Shown: positions 12,892 through 25,359 of the stretch, one piece after another
Numbering within the stretch: position 1 is the stretch's first letter
How the letters are laid out: the number at the start of each line of letters is the position of its first letter
Source of the DNA: Fistulifera solaris
Lineage: Eukaryota
Reading direction: 5' to 3'
Assembly (NCBI GenBank): GCA_030295235.1
Contig: AP026133.1
Location: forward strand, 1,240,001 to 1,304,000
DNA length: 64,000 nucleotides
Notes under the pieces: generated by a model
Told to the model about the DNA's origin: nothing
The model's database searches: none
The model's input: only the letters and a program-made list of their open reading frames with translations
Translations under genes and position numbers: made by a program

Positions 12892-14151
12892 CGTTTCCTT
12901 GATTGTTGTGTTCTTGCAGATCTCTGCCAGTATTTAGTTTCGATGTGGTGTTGTCTTGCTTTTCTTTGTCGTCATGTTGTCACATGAAAACATAGAAAAT
13001 GCGAGGAACGAAATATCAAACCGCAAGAGTCATTTACTACACAAAATTCTATAGAATTATTCTGGAATGCGCCATTTTGTACTAATTCGCCGACAATTAT
13101 GTTGCCGGCTGCCAAATTTCTTCGGTTTCTCCCTCCAACGTGATCGTCTGTCGTCTGTCGTCTTCCACTCGTCAAAACTCAAAAACCGATCGAGAGGAAA
13201 CGTCAAAAACCTCAGACTGTTTTCATTACCACGGTACCGGTACCGGTATCTGTTCAAGCTACCCTGGTAATATCCTCCTCTGTCTTGCAATACTATCACC
13301 CTTGACTGTCATTGTTGCTGGTGCATGCTTTTCTTTCGGCGGTTGCAGGCCTATTTTGAGGTGAAAATTGTTGAGAAGCGCGCTTGCTCGCGGTAAAATA
13401 ATGAAAATGGCTCACGAAGACAAGTGATTCGCCCGAAATTGGTCTTTAAGAAACCGCGATTCTGTCGTGAAGAAACGCTGGAGACTAGAAATAAAGAACC
13501 AGAGCTTATTAATGCTAAAAGAGACTCCAGCAGACGAAATTCCGTATAGCTTCTCCTGCCTCCTTTTGTCCGATTACATTCATTCTTTCAAGAGCAAGAT
13601 TGCTCCATTTTGTCGCGAGGTCGGTTGTCGACGTTTCTCTGGCCTGTCTTGCCTGGCTTCTTTCATTGTGACTCTGAATTACCGGTAGACGAAAGGAAGC
13701 GCTCGCTTCTTCATGCTCGGTCGACATGGGCTTGCTGGTTCCTTCGACCTACTCGCATGTTCGGAGTTTGACGTCAATGATTCGATGTTTGGTTGCTAAC
13801 TTATGTGATCTGTCGTCACCACGCGTTCAATGATTTAGTCTTCAGTAGCCCTTGCTAAAACGTGGATAATCGGCTGGCAGCGTTTGAGATTGGTTGTGCT
13901 GAACGATGATGTTTCCATCCAAGCGAGATGTGGCTGCGCGTGCGGAACTTCGTGTTGGCTTCGTCGCGGCGAGTATCAACATGTTTCACTCTATGTTTCT
14001 AAAAATATCACTTGTGCGTTCTGTCTTGATGTACACTTGGACCTGTGCGATTGCATTTAATAGGGAGTAGTTCATAAAGTCTTTCATCATTAGTTTCATC
14101 ACTTTCATTACTTTGTATCAGTAACCAGAAAGATGAGAGAAGAACATTACT

Positions 14152-16487
14152 TCAGAATGGATTGTAGTGATTACTTGAAGGATCCCGTGCTTTCCAGTCG
14201 TCCTCCTGGTAAATGCCCAAGAATTCTTTGACTTCAGACTCATCCATGTCACGTGCATCTCCGTCGTCAAATAAGATGTGCCAAAGAGGGATGTTTGTTT
14301 CCACCTCGTAATCGCGAAAATAGCGTACAATTGTCCCTAAGTACCATTTCCCCCAGTACTCCTTTACAACACGCCTTCCCACATAATCATGGTCCGTAGT
14401 GCCTTCATACAAGGGACCAAATAATTCAAGAATCCAAGGTTGGATCATTTTGGGAGTTTTCTTTTCCTCTTCAATAGAGCCCGAATCATCATCACCCACC
14501 AAAGGAGTAGTGGGAGGACTGGGAGCCGGGAACTCGTCAGTGACACTATGATGACTATCAAGATTCAAAGATGCTTTGTTGGAATCACTAGGACTAGTTG
14601 AAACGCTTCCTTGCACCAAATGCTCAGTATTCTCGGGCAACGCGTTTTCTTTGTTATCAGAAGCCAATGCATTACCGAGAACAAATGAATCCGTGACTGG
14701 CAAGCTTCGGTCGTCCACATTGGGCGCCGCGCCTTTTGCAAAGTAAAATTTCAATATTAGAACTTTTGCCAGGCGTCTACTTTGTTTGGAGTATTGCACT
14801 TACCACAAGAAGGTCGAACCAAAGTAGGAGCAGGATATACTGCCACATGCCGTGTTCCATTGATCCAACTGATGGTAGCATCACTAGCAAAAATATCAGG
14901 AGGGTCGGGGCGACGGACAAGATTCTTGCATTCACTTTGATTAGTGACTGGCGTCAAACCATTGTCAATTGCCCGTACATTACAGGACCTATCAGCAGTT
15001 TCAATGCCAGCCGGTGGAGCGACGTTATCCTGCTTCGCATCCGTTTCAGATGACTCAGATTTCCGATCGGTACCAGTATCTTCACGGATAGCGTCAACCA
15101 GAGCAAAATCATTGCCGCCATCACCATCACCAGCAGAAGCAGAGGACGGCGCGTTGTCCCAAAACAGACCCAAGAGATCCACAGGAGACCGAGTGCTAGC
15201 ATTATACTCGACTTCACTGTCAGCTGGTGGAGCGACGTTATCCTGCTTCGCATCCGTTTCACATGACTCAGATTTCCGATCGGTACCGGTATCCTCACGG
15301 ATAGTGGCAGCCGGAGCAAAATCATTGCCGCCATCACCAGCAGAAGCAGAGGACAGCGCGTTGTCCCAAAACAGACCCAAGAGATCCACAGGAGACCGAG
15401 TGCTAGCATTATACTCGACTTCACTGTCAGCTGGTGGAGCGACGTTATCCTGCTTCGCATCCGTTTCACATGACTCAGATTTCCGATCGGTACCGGTATC
15501 CTCACGGATAGTGGCAGCCGGAGCAAAATCATTGCCGCCATCACCAGCAGAAGCAGAGGACGGTGCGTTGTCCCAAAACAGACCCAAGAGATCCACAGGA
15601 GACCGAGTGCTAGCATTATACTCGACTTCACTGTCAGCTGGTGGAGCGACGTTATCCTGCTTCGCATCCGTTTCAGATGACTCAGATTTCCGATCGGTAC
15701 CGGTATCCTCACGGATAGTGGCAGCTGGAGCAAAATCATTGCCGCCATCACCAGCAGAAGCAGAGGACGGTGCGTTGTCCCAAAACAGACCCAAGAGATC
15801 CACAGGAGACCGAGTGCTAGCATTATACTCGACTTCACTGTCAGCCGGTGGAGCAAGGACATGGCTACCGCAGGCAATACTTGTGTCAAACTCGACTTGT
15901 TCCGACGGTTGCTTCAAGTTGCTTGGATCCGCCACCAAAATAATCGTTTTTTCATCAAGAACCTTTCCATCTAAGGAATCATTTGAATGAGAAGAAGTAA
16001 TAGGACACGAAGATAACTGAGCCAAAGCGTCGGCCGCAAGTGGATTGCGTTCCAAGTTGCATCCAGGCGAACCTCCGAAAGGCACTACCAAATTGCTGTT
16101 GCGATGATCATCACAAAAATGTGTCATCAAGCCGCTTTCTTCATCTTGACGTCCCAAATTAGATGGAAGAGAAGAATCCCAGTGTCACTGTTCTCGTTGC
16201 TCCATGCAATGTTCACCTGCGAGCTTCCTGCCGTTAGGAGTACCCTCTGGAGGAGCACGAGTAACCGGAATTTTGCGTCGCGGATCGACGGGCTTTCCAC
16301 TCATGCTCCCCATGTACGGATCAGGAGGTGTTGGATAGTAAGACGAAGGAACAGGTGGAGGAGTCTCATACATTGACATCATTTGCGCGTGGCTAGGATT
16401 ACGAGGCGACTCCGGCGTCGAGGATTTGTGGCGCACGTTCTGACGCTTCGAAAGAGGCTTCACGGGCGACGGGGAAAAGGGCTCCAT
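14152..16487 (-). pseudogene. Repeat-containing protein with C-terminal Tudor-like domain, interrupted
   Basis: ORF 16185-16490 is in frame with ORF 14757-16157 across one TGA; a frame change near 14760-14800 leads into ORF 14152-14799 with YVGRRVVKEYWGKWYLGTIVRY...PLWHILFDDGDARDM. Confidence 0.55.
15008..15855. repeat. Coding minisatellite, 4 x 207 bp (69 aa)
   Basis: Unit starts at 15008, 15221, 15428 and 15635, with a partial at 15842; spacing 213/207/207/207; near-identical units encode APPADSEVEYNASTRSPVDLLGLFWDNAPSSASAGDGG... Confidence 0.95.
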
Positions 16488-16821
16488 CACTTTCGATAAT
16501 CCTTAATTTCACTTGAGTGGGAAAATACGGAGTATATGACAAAGGAAGCGATTACAAACAATAGCAGACAAGGTCAAAAATGGAAACGAGAGCCATCGCC
16601 GCTTTTTGTTCTTCGGCAAGCTGCTTTACGTAGAAACCTCAAAAGACGATCAAGGCTTAAACGATGCGACATGACAAATGCAAAAGTAAATTTTCGAAAA
16701 ACACATACAACGGATAATAGTGCGCGCTGGATGACGATGACGTATCGTAATTAGGTGAAAGTAGTGGCGGGACGAAGAGGTATAGCAAGATACCTGGTAA
16801 GCACGCCATTGAAGATCGATG

Positions 16822-17190
16822 ATACTCAGGACTGAGCTTGAGTCTAACTTGAGTCTTGTCGAAAAGTCGCCAACACTTTCGGTGTATAGTCAAGATCCAC
16901 GACCAACGATCCAGCGGAAATGATAGCTCAACGATCTAATTGCGCATCGCAAATGTCACATGGTAATATAATCGAATTGGTGTGGATAAAACAAATTTCA
17001 AAATGAGAGCGTTTCGATAATTTGACAAAGAAACTAGCGAACCATTAGTTCATACTCAGGACTGAGCTTGAGTCTAACTTGAGTCTTGTCGAAAAGTCGC
17101 CAACACTTTCGGTGTATAGTCAAGATCCACGACCAACGATCCAGCGGAAATGATAGCTCAACGATCTAATTGCGCATCGTAAATGTAACA
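16822..17190. repeat. 139-bp direct repeat (16822-16960 and 17052-17190), the duplicated left terminus of the TIR element
   Basis: Copies are 230 bp apart and differ at 2 positions near their 3' ends. Confidence 0.95.
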
Positions 17191-19886
17191 CATACAAGCC
17201 TTGACGCATTGGGCATCAAGTGCGAGGACAGGGTCTTGGGATTGCTTTCAACGGGGATTTGAACAACACTGCCATCACCGTAATTCGATTCTTGGCGCAA
17301 TTTGGTTCGATGGATATTCGTCCACTGGATCGGTTGTGATTCGCTAACTTGTCTTAGTGTTTCGGTTCTCTTGTAGGGATAGGACGTAAGTTCAATAAAT
17401 TCTAGCCATTTTTTTTAGATGATACCTAGTGAAGGATTAATGAATCTGTCATAGGGATAGGACATGAGCACGCTAAACTCTCAATAATTAATTTTAACTT
17501 ATTTTTTCGCCGCCTGCGCAGCTGGATCCGCCCCTAGTTAGACAGTCCGACCAATTCAACATTTAGAACCGAAATAATGCTTCTCACAGCATTTTGATTG
17601 ATAATAGATGGTGGAACACTCAAGCAAAAAATTTGGCTAGATTACTTCAATTCTTGTCGATGCGGGCTTTTGCAACAAGTGGGCAATGAAAGTATCCGCT
17701 CCCATTGACTTGTTGCGGCACTGTCTAATCATTCAAGCTCTTTCAAGCGTATTCACTTTCTCGCGTCGGGAATCCAAGACGTATTTTCAAAGTAGATGTT
17801 AAATCATTTTTCAAAAAAGTGTGGCTGCTTGCTCATTTTCATACAAAACAAACATCATAACAACTATATTTTCTGACTTTTCATACACATCAACCATTTT
17901 AAGCCCTTGAGATACTACATATTCTCTCCTCAATCGACCCGTCCCTTATAAATAGCTCTCCGCAAGTACATATCATGCATCCATAGCGGCCCCTAAATCG
18001 CTTGCATATTAGAAGGATCAATTTCAAAATCCGACGTGGAATCTCTAGCGGAATCCTTTAGATCGAAGTGCCCCAATTGAGCAGTGACTTCCTTTAATTT
18101 CTTTTTTAGTAATGCATTCTCCTTGTGCAGCGATTTGCGCTCGCGTTCCGACCAATCCAGCCGCTTCTTGGCATTCAAGAATGTTTTGGACGCGAATAAT
18201 TCCAGAGGTTCCCCAAATAATCGCGGCAGCAATACACCTTTGATGTCCTCCCTGTCATGCTCTGCTTCGGGCTTTTTAAAACAAGCCGTATCCCAGTTTT
18301 CGGCTAGTACCGCGATGCATCTACTTTTCAAGGGAGACATCTGGTGACGACATTCGACTCCACAAATCTTATCCTCTAGCTCAAGAAACGTTCTTGCTGC
18401 TTTGATTTCAAGTTTGGGTAAATGGGAAGCATCCGTAAGGGCCCAATACATGGAAGAATCAAGTTCTGCTTTGTGTATATTGCAATAAACCGCTATCAAG
18501 AGAGATAGCCGCAAACTCGTCGTGGTTCCCTCTCCTATCGTGGGCATAGTGACAACTCGCAAAAAGAAGAACGGATCAACCGTAGCTAGGATATCAACGA
18601 CAACAGACTCGTGGACTTGGAAAATGTGTTGCGCACAGTATTCTTCGGCGTGTGCAATGAGTCGCTTTTCTTTGAAAATATGCGCACGCTGGTAGTAGGT
18701 GCAAAGGTTTTCCATAGTCAAATCTTGCATCCAAAAGTCGCGAACTCGTTTCCGAAGCGGTTTGATCTCCAAGAGCGCAGATAACGAATACAGCGGAACG
18801 GCGTTCTCCGTAGTAATGGTTACCTGTCCCTGATTGGAGTACATGTAATCGAGCAGGACGGGGAAGACGTCAGCAGCCATCTGATGTAATTGCAAGCGTA
18901 TGAGTGAGCTCTGAGGATCGACATCGTCCTTCATGATCTCTTCAATCCCTCCACACGATAGCCATTCGTTGCGTGTTTCATTTAGTTTTGCAGCAGATTG
19001 TTGTTGCGCTTCCGGGGGAGGTGGGGGAGAAAAGAAAGCTCTGGCGAAGTACGTCGAGCGCTTCGGCCCGATGGCCAAAACTGACTTGTGAACGTGATAG
19101 ATTTCTCCATGTGTCTTTCCCTTGATCACAACTTCAATCATAAAGTCGCTCAGACTCTCTCGAGGATCGAGTCGCCAGGTGAGTTCCTTGGGCTCTTCGG
19201 CTTCATCGTCGCTATCTTTATCCGGATTGTAACGAGGAAATTGGCTCATCAAAGATGTCGTCGGAGGACCCTGTAACTTTTCCTTTTCTTTACCTGGAAG
19301 TAAGACTGTTTGCGTTCCTTCGAGTAAAGATTCGATGGACGCCATGGTGATTGGTACTGCTGGCTCGTTGTAAGTGCAACGGTAAAAGAAAGGAGTGCGA
19401 TGAGCCGCGTTTGGAGTTTGGAGTGCGTGTTGCAAACGGAGGGAGAGGGAGGGCCTTGCGTCTAAGATACGCCTGCGGCAGAAATTGAAAATTCAAAAAT
19501 TTGCAGGACGGCTGGCGCGCCGCGGAAGTTCTTCAGAAGACGTTGCTTTCTACAAGACTGAAAGACACGAGCTACATCACACATCACCGACATGTAATGT
19601 ATTAGCTACTAGAACAATCTGTCCGCCCATGCGATACACCCGGGACCTAGACACCCGGGACCGAAGTAACAGAAACACACACGAACAGCACGCTATTAGA
19701 AAAACAAAGATAGATATTATTAATAGATTATTCTCACAGGGCGTGAATCCTAGAAAAAATGAGGCTACCGACATCCCAGGGTGTACCAGATAGCCGCATT
19801 TTTTGTAGATGAATAGTTGGGAATGATTCTCGACTAAAGCCCCAAAGTGTTATTGTTTTTCAACAAGACTCAAGTTCAGTCCTGAG
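16825..19886. mobile_element. Putative non-autonomous TA-target (Tc1/mariner-type) TIR element enclosing a BTB gene; left end duplicated (16825 and 17055)
   Basis: TA|CTCAGGACTGAGCTTGAGTC at 16823 and 17053; inverted GACTCAAGTTCAGTCCTGAG|TA ending at 19886; imperfect inverted similarity continues ~80 bp inward (AACACTTT.GG...TAGTC.AGA...CCAAC.AT.CA). Confidence 0.6.
17993..19345 (-). CDS. BTB/POZ domain protein (diatom-expanded family) with C-terminal coiled coil
   Basis: Intact ORF; WRLDPRESLSDFMIEV...YHVHKSVLAIGPKRSTYF...FPVLLDYMY...ITTENAVPL; ATG chosen at 19345 (MASIESLL). Confidence 0.85.
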   Translation of the reverse strand: MASIESLLEGTQTVLLPGKEKEKLQGPPTTSLMSQFPRYNPDKDSDDEAEEPKELTWRLDPRESLSDFMIEVVIKGKTHGEIYHVHKSVLAIGPKRSTYFARAFFSPPPPPEAQQQSAAKLNETRNEWLSCGGIEEIMKDDVDPQSSLIRLQLHQMAADVFPVLLDYMYSNQGQVTITTENAVPLYSLSALLEIKPLRKRVRDFWMQDLTMENLCTYYQRAHIFKEKRLIAHAEEYCAQHIFQVHESVVVDILATVDPFFFLRVVTMPTIGEGTTTSLRLSLLIAVYCNIHKAELDSSMYWALTDASHLPKLEIKAARTFLELEDKICGVECRHQMSPLKSRCIAVLAENWDTACFKKPEAEHDREDIKGVLLPRLFGEPLELFASKTFLNAKKRLDWSERERKSLHKENALLKKKLKEVTAQLGHFDLKDSARDSTSDFEIDPSNMQAI

Positions 19887-20328
19887 TAAGTACAATGTAG
19901 TACTCGAGTAAGAGAATAATGGTTCGCTCATAGAACTCATTTGATGGGTCGTTCTTCTCGAGTCAGCTAGGTTCATAACGACTCTTGGTAAGCTTTAAGA
20001 AAGAAGAACGATCCAAACCTGACATATTCATTTCTGAGTCTATCGATAACCAGTGATAATTCCCTTGAAATTCAATGGTTTTATCGGTGTGTTCGACGAT
20101 GGAAGGCACATGATGGCTGAAAGGTGGTTTCAATTACTATAATCTTTTTGCGTCAGCCAAACCAAATGTAATAATACCTAAGGAGTAATATGCTTCTGAC
20201 GGAAGTACCTGGTAGGACGGCAACACGCACCCGCCTGTTTAGCTCCTAATCCCTCTTGCTACATGGAGACAGCGCTCGCGTTTTTTGGTCCATTCAATAA
20301 TGTGTCGCGACTGTGCTTGATACATGAG

Positions 20329-20979
20329 TTAACCGCTTTTTTCTCGCAGCATACGATCGAGTCCGCCTGAAGCGGCCAACGGCAGCAAGCCTGGTCCGTC
20401 ATTACATCCTCCAATAAATTTCCCTTGCACAAAGATAGCTGGAACAGAAGTACGTCCAGTCATACGTCCTAATAGGGCTCGTAATTGATTACCGTCCTCC
20501 ATTTCATCCAACTCCATGACTGCGTACGCTATTTCTCTTTCTTGAAAGAAGTCTTTGGATCGACGACAAAATGGACACGTAGTAAACGAAAACATGGCAA
20601 CATCGTTTTTTTCAATAAATGAATCGATTTTCGATTGCACAGGGACCGCATCGTATTCTCCCGCTACTCAATCGGCAATCCACTGATTAAAAGGAGCTCC
20701 TGCCAGCCATTCCGAGAGCTGATTGGCCCAAGAATCTTTTTCTCTCCATTCCATCGGATCACCAACGCGGCCTTGTTCATCGATTTTCGAGCTTGCCTGT
20801 ACTCGCGCGTTCTCGAGACGAAACAGAGTCGATACCAGTTGATCCAGTATGGGTCTTTTCATTTCAGAAAGACAGGTGTGACGTGTTGTACACCGCATTG
20901 GAGTGAAAGCCTTGGTAACAACAAACGCCCGGGCGATCGTCCCCCAGAAGAAAAGGGGCCATTTTACGAATGCGAACAT
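20329..20979 (-). CDS. Glutaredoxin (CPFC), probably plastid-targeted; one in-frame TGA at 20668-20670
   Basis: FSFTTCPFC, TSVPAIFVQGKFIGGCNDG; ORFs 20668-20979 and 20329-20640 share a frame (WIAD*VAGEYDAVPVQ); signal peptide followed by an AF motif. Confidence 0.8.
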
Positions 20980-23004
20980 GAATAACAGTTTTTTTTACGA
21001 GAAACGTCTGAGACTTGAGATTGGAGATAGAATACATAAGCGTTATCAGTTCGCAGATGATTCGAATTACTTCTCGGCTCTCGACAGGGCAAAAACGTGC
21101 TTCTGTCGCTCGCGATACTCTTTATCAGGATTCGGTTCTTGTCGTCGTCAAAATTTGTGAGCAATTACCTTGTCGATTCGCGGGTCTTTTTCTTGCGTAT
21201 GAGGCTACTCATCAACAATTACACCGTCGACTATCAATTAATTGAAAGTGTTTTTGTTGACGTTGATGAGAGTCTTTCTTACCAGGTTTACAATTGGCAC
21301 GTCGTTATAGTGTTTGTCAAAATACTACGATGCTCATGGCGACAAAAATAAACAGGATAAGGATGGCGATAAACAGAACAAATTTGACGCTCGGGACTCC
21401 TTATTAGTCGTATGAATGAATGATACATCCGACAAAATGGGTTTTGGTTTTGGGACAAATAAATCCTTTTTTGACACCGACGAAAATCTGCCATAACCGC
21501 CGAAAAGATGGCTCTTCGTTTTTCAACAAGCATCATTCATTCTGATAACCAACACAACTCATTCAACATTTACAAGCAGGTGCAATGCATTATGTAGTAT
21601 GAATTTGAGAAGCATGCAACAGGACCTAAAGTACGACACAAGACACAAGCGTCACAAAAGATGAAACTAATTTAGGAGACGATTGCGACGCGGAAGTTGC
21701 GGCATTAGCAACAAGTCTCTTGTCCTGTTGGCCCACCAAGGCAGTACGGTTCAGCTTCGTAAAAACACACAAGATAGGGAGAGGAGTCGATCCTCCATCT
21801 TCGAAGTCCTGCACAGTTAGCTCTAATTGCGAATTCGCAATCAATTCAGTAACTTCCGTCGACGACTACGAAAGGGAACGAGAAATAACAAGGAAAAATG
21901 CAAATACCAAAACCAAGAAATCACAGAAAAGGACTCACAAATTGCAGAGCAATATTGAGGTAACAAGCTATCAAAAATTATGCAGTACATACAGAACGAA
22001 TGACGAAACCTCCTTCGACAGAATGGCTCGAAGACCATCGCAGGCAATGTTATCTACGCTCTCCCGTTCGAACGAAAAGACGCAAAAATGCCACGTCTAA
22101 CCCCATGAATAATTTAAGCAAGCAAGGAAAAGGCAACTATCAAATTCTCACTGTGGACGACCGTTCCTTGGAATACTATTCTCCATATCCTGGGCATCCC
22201 AAGCCGAACGTGAGGAAACAACGAGGTATCACATTAAGAGGAACAAAGATGCATTTAATCGAACAGTGAGATAAATCCTTTTGTAAAGTTGTCGAAGCGA
22301 CAAGAAATAATGCTTTCAATAGCAAATCTTAAAACGCTGGATGCGACTTATCAGACAAAATCTCTTGTGGAGGGTTCGTGTTTGTCAACACAGATTTCAT
22401 ACACTTCATTGTGTACGCGAAAGCTGGGATCAAATTTGTATCGAATCATTTTAATATTTATGGCTTGTCCATCATATTAAAATTGTTGGAACCAAGTACA
22501 TTGTATTGATGAAAAATATGCGCGCGTGGCAATGAGGGCATGCCAAGAAGCGTCGCTCCAGCGTTGTCGATAACCAAATTATCATCAACTTATTACGTGG
22601 AAGAAAAGTATTACCATTGAAAATGCATCAAAAGTAATTACTTCTTAGATGATGCGAAACACAGAAAAGAAGGCCAATACCCAATCGGAGTAATAGACTG
22701 AAATCTACGGCATAATTTTTGCTCCAGCGACTGCGCATTCCAGACACAACTTTCTATAACATAGCATTAGAAGATAGCAACAAAAGAAATAAGTTTTATC
22801 ATGGTTGCGAAAATCACGAAGGCGAGCAGAAAGCTTTTGTGAATAGCTTGATTCATGACTGAAATTCAGTCTTGAGTGATCACCGTCGTCGCATTTGACG
22901 ATGTCGCGATACTTGAGCTTTCTTTCCTTTTCTTTGCCCTTCGTAATCATTTCTCTACTTGCCTTGTTCTTTCAACGAGAAGAGATAGTGTGGTTGCTCT
23001 GTCG

Positions 23005-24131
23005 ATGGCATTTTTCACGCCGAAAAAGACATCTGTATCTGTAGAACAGAATCCTCCTCCTCCGCCGCCTTCCATTCGCTGGGGTATCATCGGACTCGGA
23101 GATGTTACACGACAAAAGAGCGGGCCGCCTTTCTGGAAATGTGAAGGCAGTGAGTTAGTAGTTGTCATGAGAAGGACACCGGGGAAAGCGTAATAATTTG
23201 TGAAACAAGTACCCGGAAGCCGATGCGTCGGCTACGACACTTTAGAGGCCTTTTTGCAGCATTCTGGCCTCGATGCGGTCTATGTAGCAACCAGGCCAGG
23301 GACGCACCTGGAGATTTGCAAAGCAGCAGCTACAGCCGGTATAATAGTATACGTGAGAAGCCAGTCGGTCTTTGTGCGGTCGGAAACGGCCAGCATCTTG
23401 AAAGCAGTCGGTGCAGATAAGCTAGACACGGCCTACATCAGTCGAGCTTATCCACGCACCGAGGCGGTACGGTAATTTCTGAAAGAAGGGGCAACTGGTG
23501 ACAGGATTACCTCTGTTTCGAATGTACTTCACGGGAAGCGGTAGCGAGACTTGGTGGCCCTATGCCCTGGCGGCCGGATCCAGCCCAGTCTGGTGGTAGA
23601 TTGATTATGGACGTTGCCTGCCATGTCGTGGATCGGATCGACTGGTTCTGTGGTCCTATTACAATTTTGATGGCAGAAGCAAAACGAAAAGAGCTGGGAA
23701 CCGGAGTCGAAGACTACGTACACTTCGGGGGGTTCCTACAACAAGCGAAATGGATGGCACTGCCTCCGATGAAAACGCCTGTGTCAGTTCGCGAGTGGAA
23801 TTTTGCGTCGGTGCAGAATCTAGATGAATTAATTATTCGAGGTTGATATAGAAGCTTCGCGAATGGTGCCATGAGTGCTATGGCCCCATCTATGTATTAG
23901 ACAATGCTGACAAGGTCGAACGTGTCGTCGACAATTTTGAAGTGCCTGAACATACAGCACAAGCCATGATCCAAGCAGTTACGGACGACCTACGGGGGGA
24001 ATTCGGAAGGCCGCCTTTCTTTTCAAAGGCAAATGTGCATTGCGAACAAGTATGATTCTAGACACAGCTTTACAAGGATACATTGGTAACAGGGACGACA
24101 GATTTTGGGAATCGATCGATTCTCAGGTAAC
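23005..24131 (+). pseudogene. Gfo/Idh/MocA oxidoreductase pseudogene
   Basis: IRWGIIGLGDV, LDAVYVATRPGTHLEIC, EKPVG in a shifted frame, WRPDPAQSGGRLIMDVACHVVDRID; several in-frame stops (TAATAA at 23191, TAA at 23473, TGA at 23844) and frameshifts. Confidence 0.85.
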
Positions 24132-24662
24132 CAGTATAGTTATTGCGTAGTAGTTCATACAGCATCTGAGCATTCGCTCCGCGGCAGCGAATCAATTGCC
24201 TGATAATGTTTCTGACGTTAGACAAAGACTTGCCTGTTGCAGAAAAAAGCTCGCTTTACTCTAAGACTACGGAACTACTAAACGCATTGATGAACTGTTG
24301 ATCAAGCCCGCCAAAATGAGCATTTTTTGGTTTCCAACCAGGTATCCCATGAACTGCTCGTGACATTAGATTGATTCCAAATATTGCCCTGAGCAGGTTA
24401 TGAGAGAGCGGTCTTTGACTTGTCTACGCTCTTGATGGGACGGTGGAAAAGCTGCGATTATGCTTGATGGAGTTACATTGTGAGTTACGACTGCACAGAT
24501 CTGGAGAGCTCTCTTTCTTAACTGCTACAGCCAGAAAGTGGGGCAATGCGGGTTGTGCTTCCTTCTTAACTGATTGCAAAGGAGGGCGTCTTCTGACGTT
24601 TAGGTAGGTGGGGAGATAAATATAGCTTGTCGTCTTTAAACTTGGTGTTTGCGGCGCAATCA

Positions 24663-25194
24663 TCAGTCCAGTGATCCGTCTCTTTTCCGCTGTATCTTGC
24701 TTTTTCTTTTTCTTGCTGTTGCAATTTCATTTGCAACTACTTTGATGCTTTGTAATGAATGCGCACTCTTTTGGAGCCATTCCTCTCTTAGTTTAACAGA
24801 GATTCGCTGCACTTGTTTTGGTGAGCCAAATACACGTTCAAACTCTTCCAATGAGCAAAAACGATCCGACTTTACCGGAGTCCAGGCCAGCGATAATGGA
24901 GCTCCTTGAGAGCAGGATGGATTCTGTGGCGTAACAGATGTTACCGTTAGCGTATCATGAACCTTTAAAGCCAATTTTACTAGAATACTTACATCTCCAA
25001 GCGTTACCTTGTGTGTTCTGACATGAACAGAGCCAAATCGAACGACTTCGACGTGGGACCAATTCTTCTTGATGGTCAACGGATAGGCTTTCAGCCGACT
25101 CATTCAGGTAAAAGTCTGAGCTTTCTGACCAATCCGAAAAATCACTTAGTGAAAAACTGGCAAAGCTCGCATAATGTATATCCGTGGCTTCCAT
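24663..25194 (-). CDS. Small diatom-family protein (RFGSVxVxTH...LGD^NPSCSxGAPLxLxW); intron 24924-24992; frameshift near 25045
   Basis: GTAAG...CAG 69-bp intron between D and N; motif shared with the paralog at 32234-32920. Confidence 0.65.
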
Positions 25195-25359
25195 TTCTTT
25201 TTCGTTTTGATATAAATTGCAGTCTTGTTCAAGGCTATTAATTATGAAAAGTAAGAATGATGAAAGATGTTGTGATGATGATATTTTCTTTCTCTCTTCA
25301 CACCAAAGATTGTTTGCTGTTCCTTTCATCACTTTTTTTCTCATTTTCTCGTTTCTCCA

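Noticed and set aside
14944..15990. Overlapping genes in three frames (348-aa plus-strand and 311-aa minus-strand ORFs)
   Set aside because: By-product of a stop-free 207-bp unit repeated four times; only one frame extends well beyond the repeat
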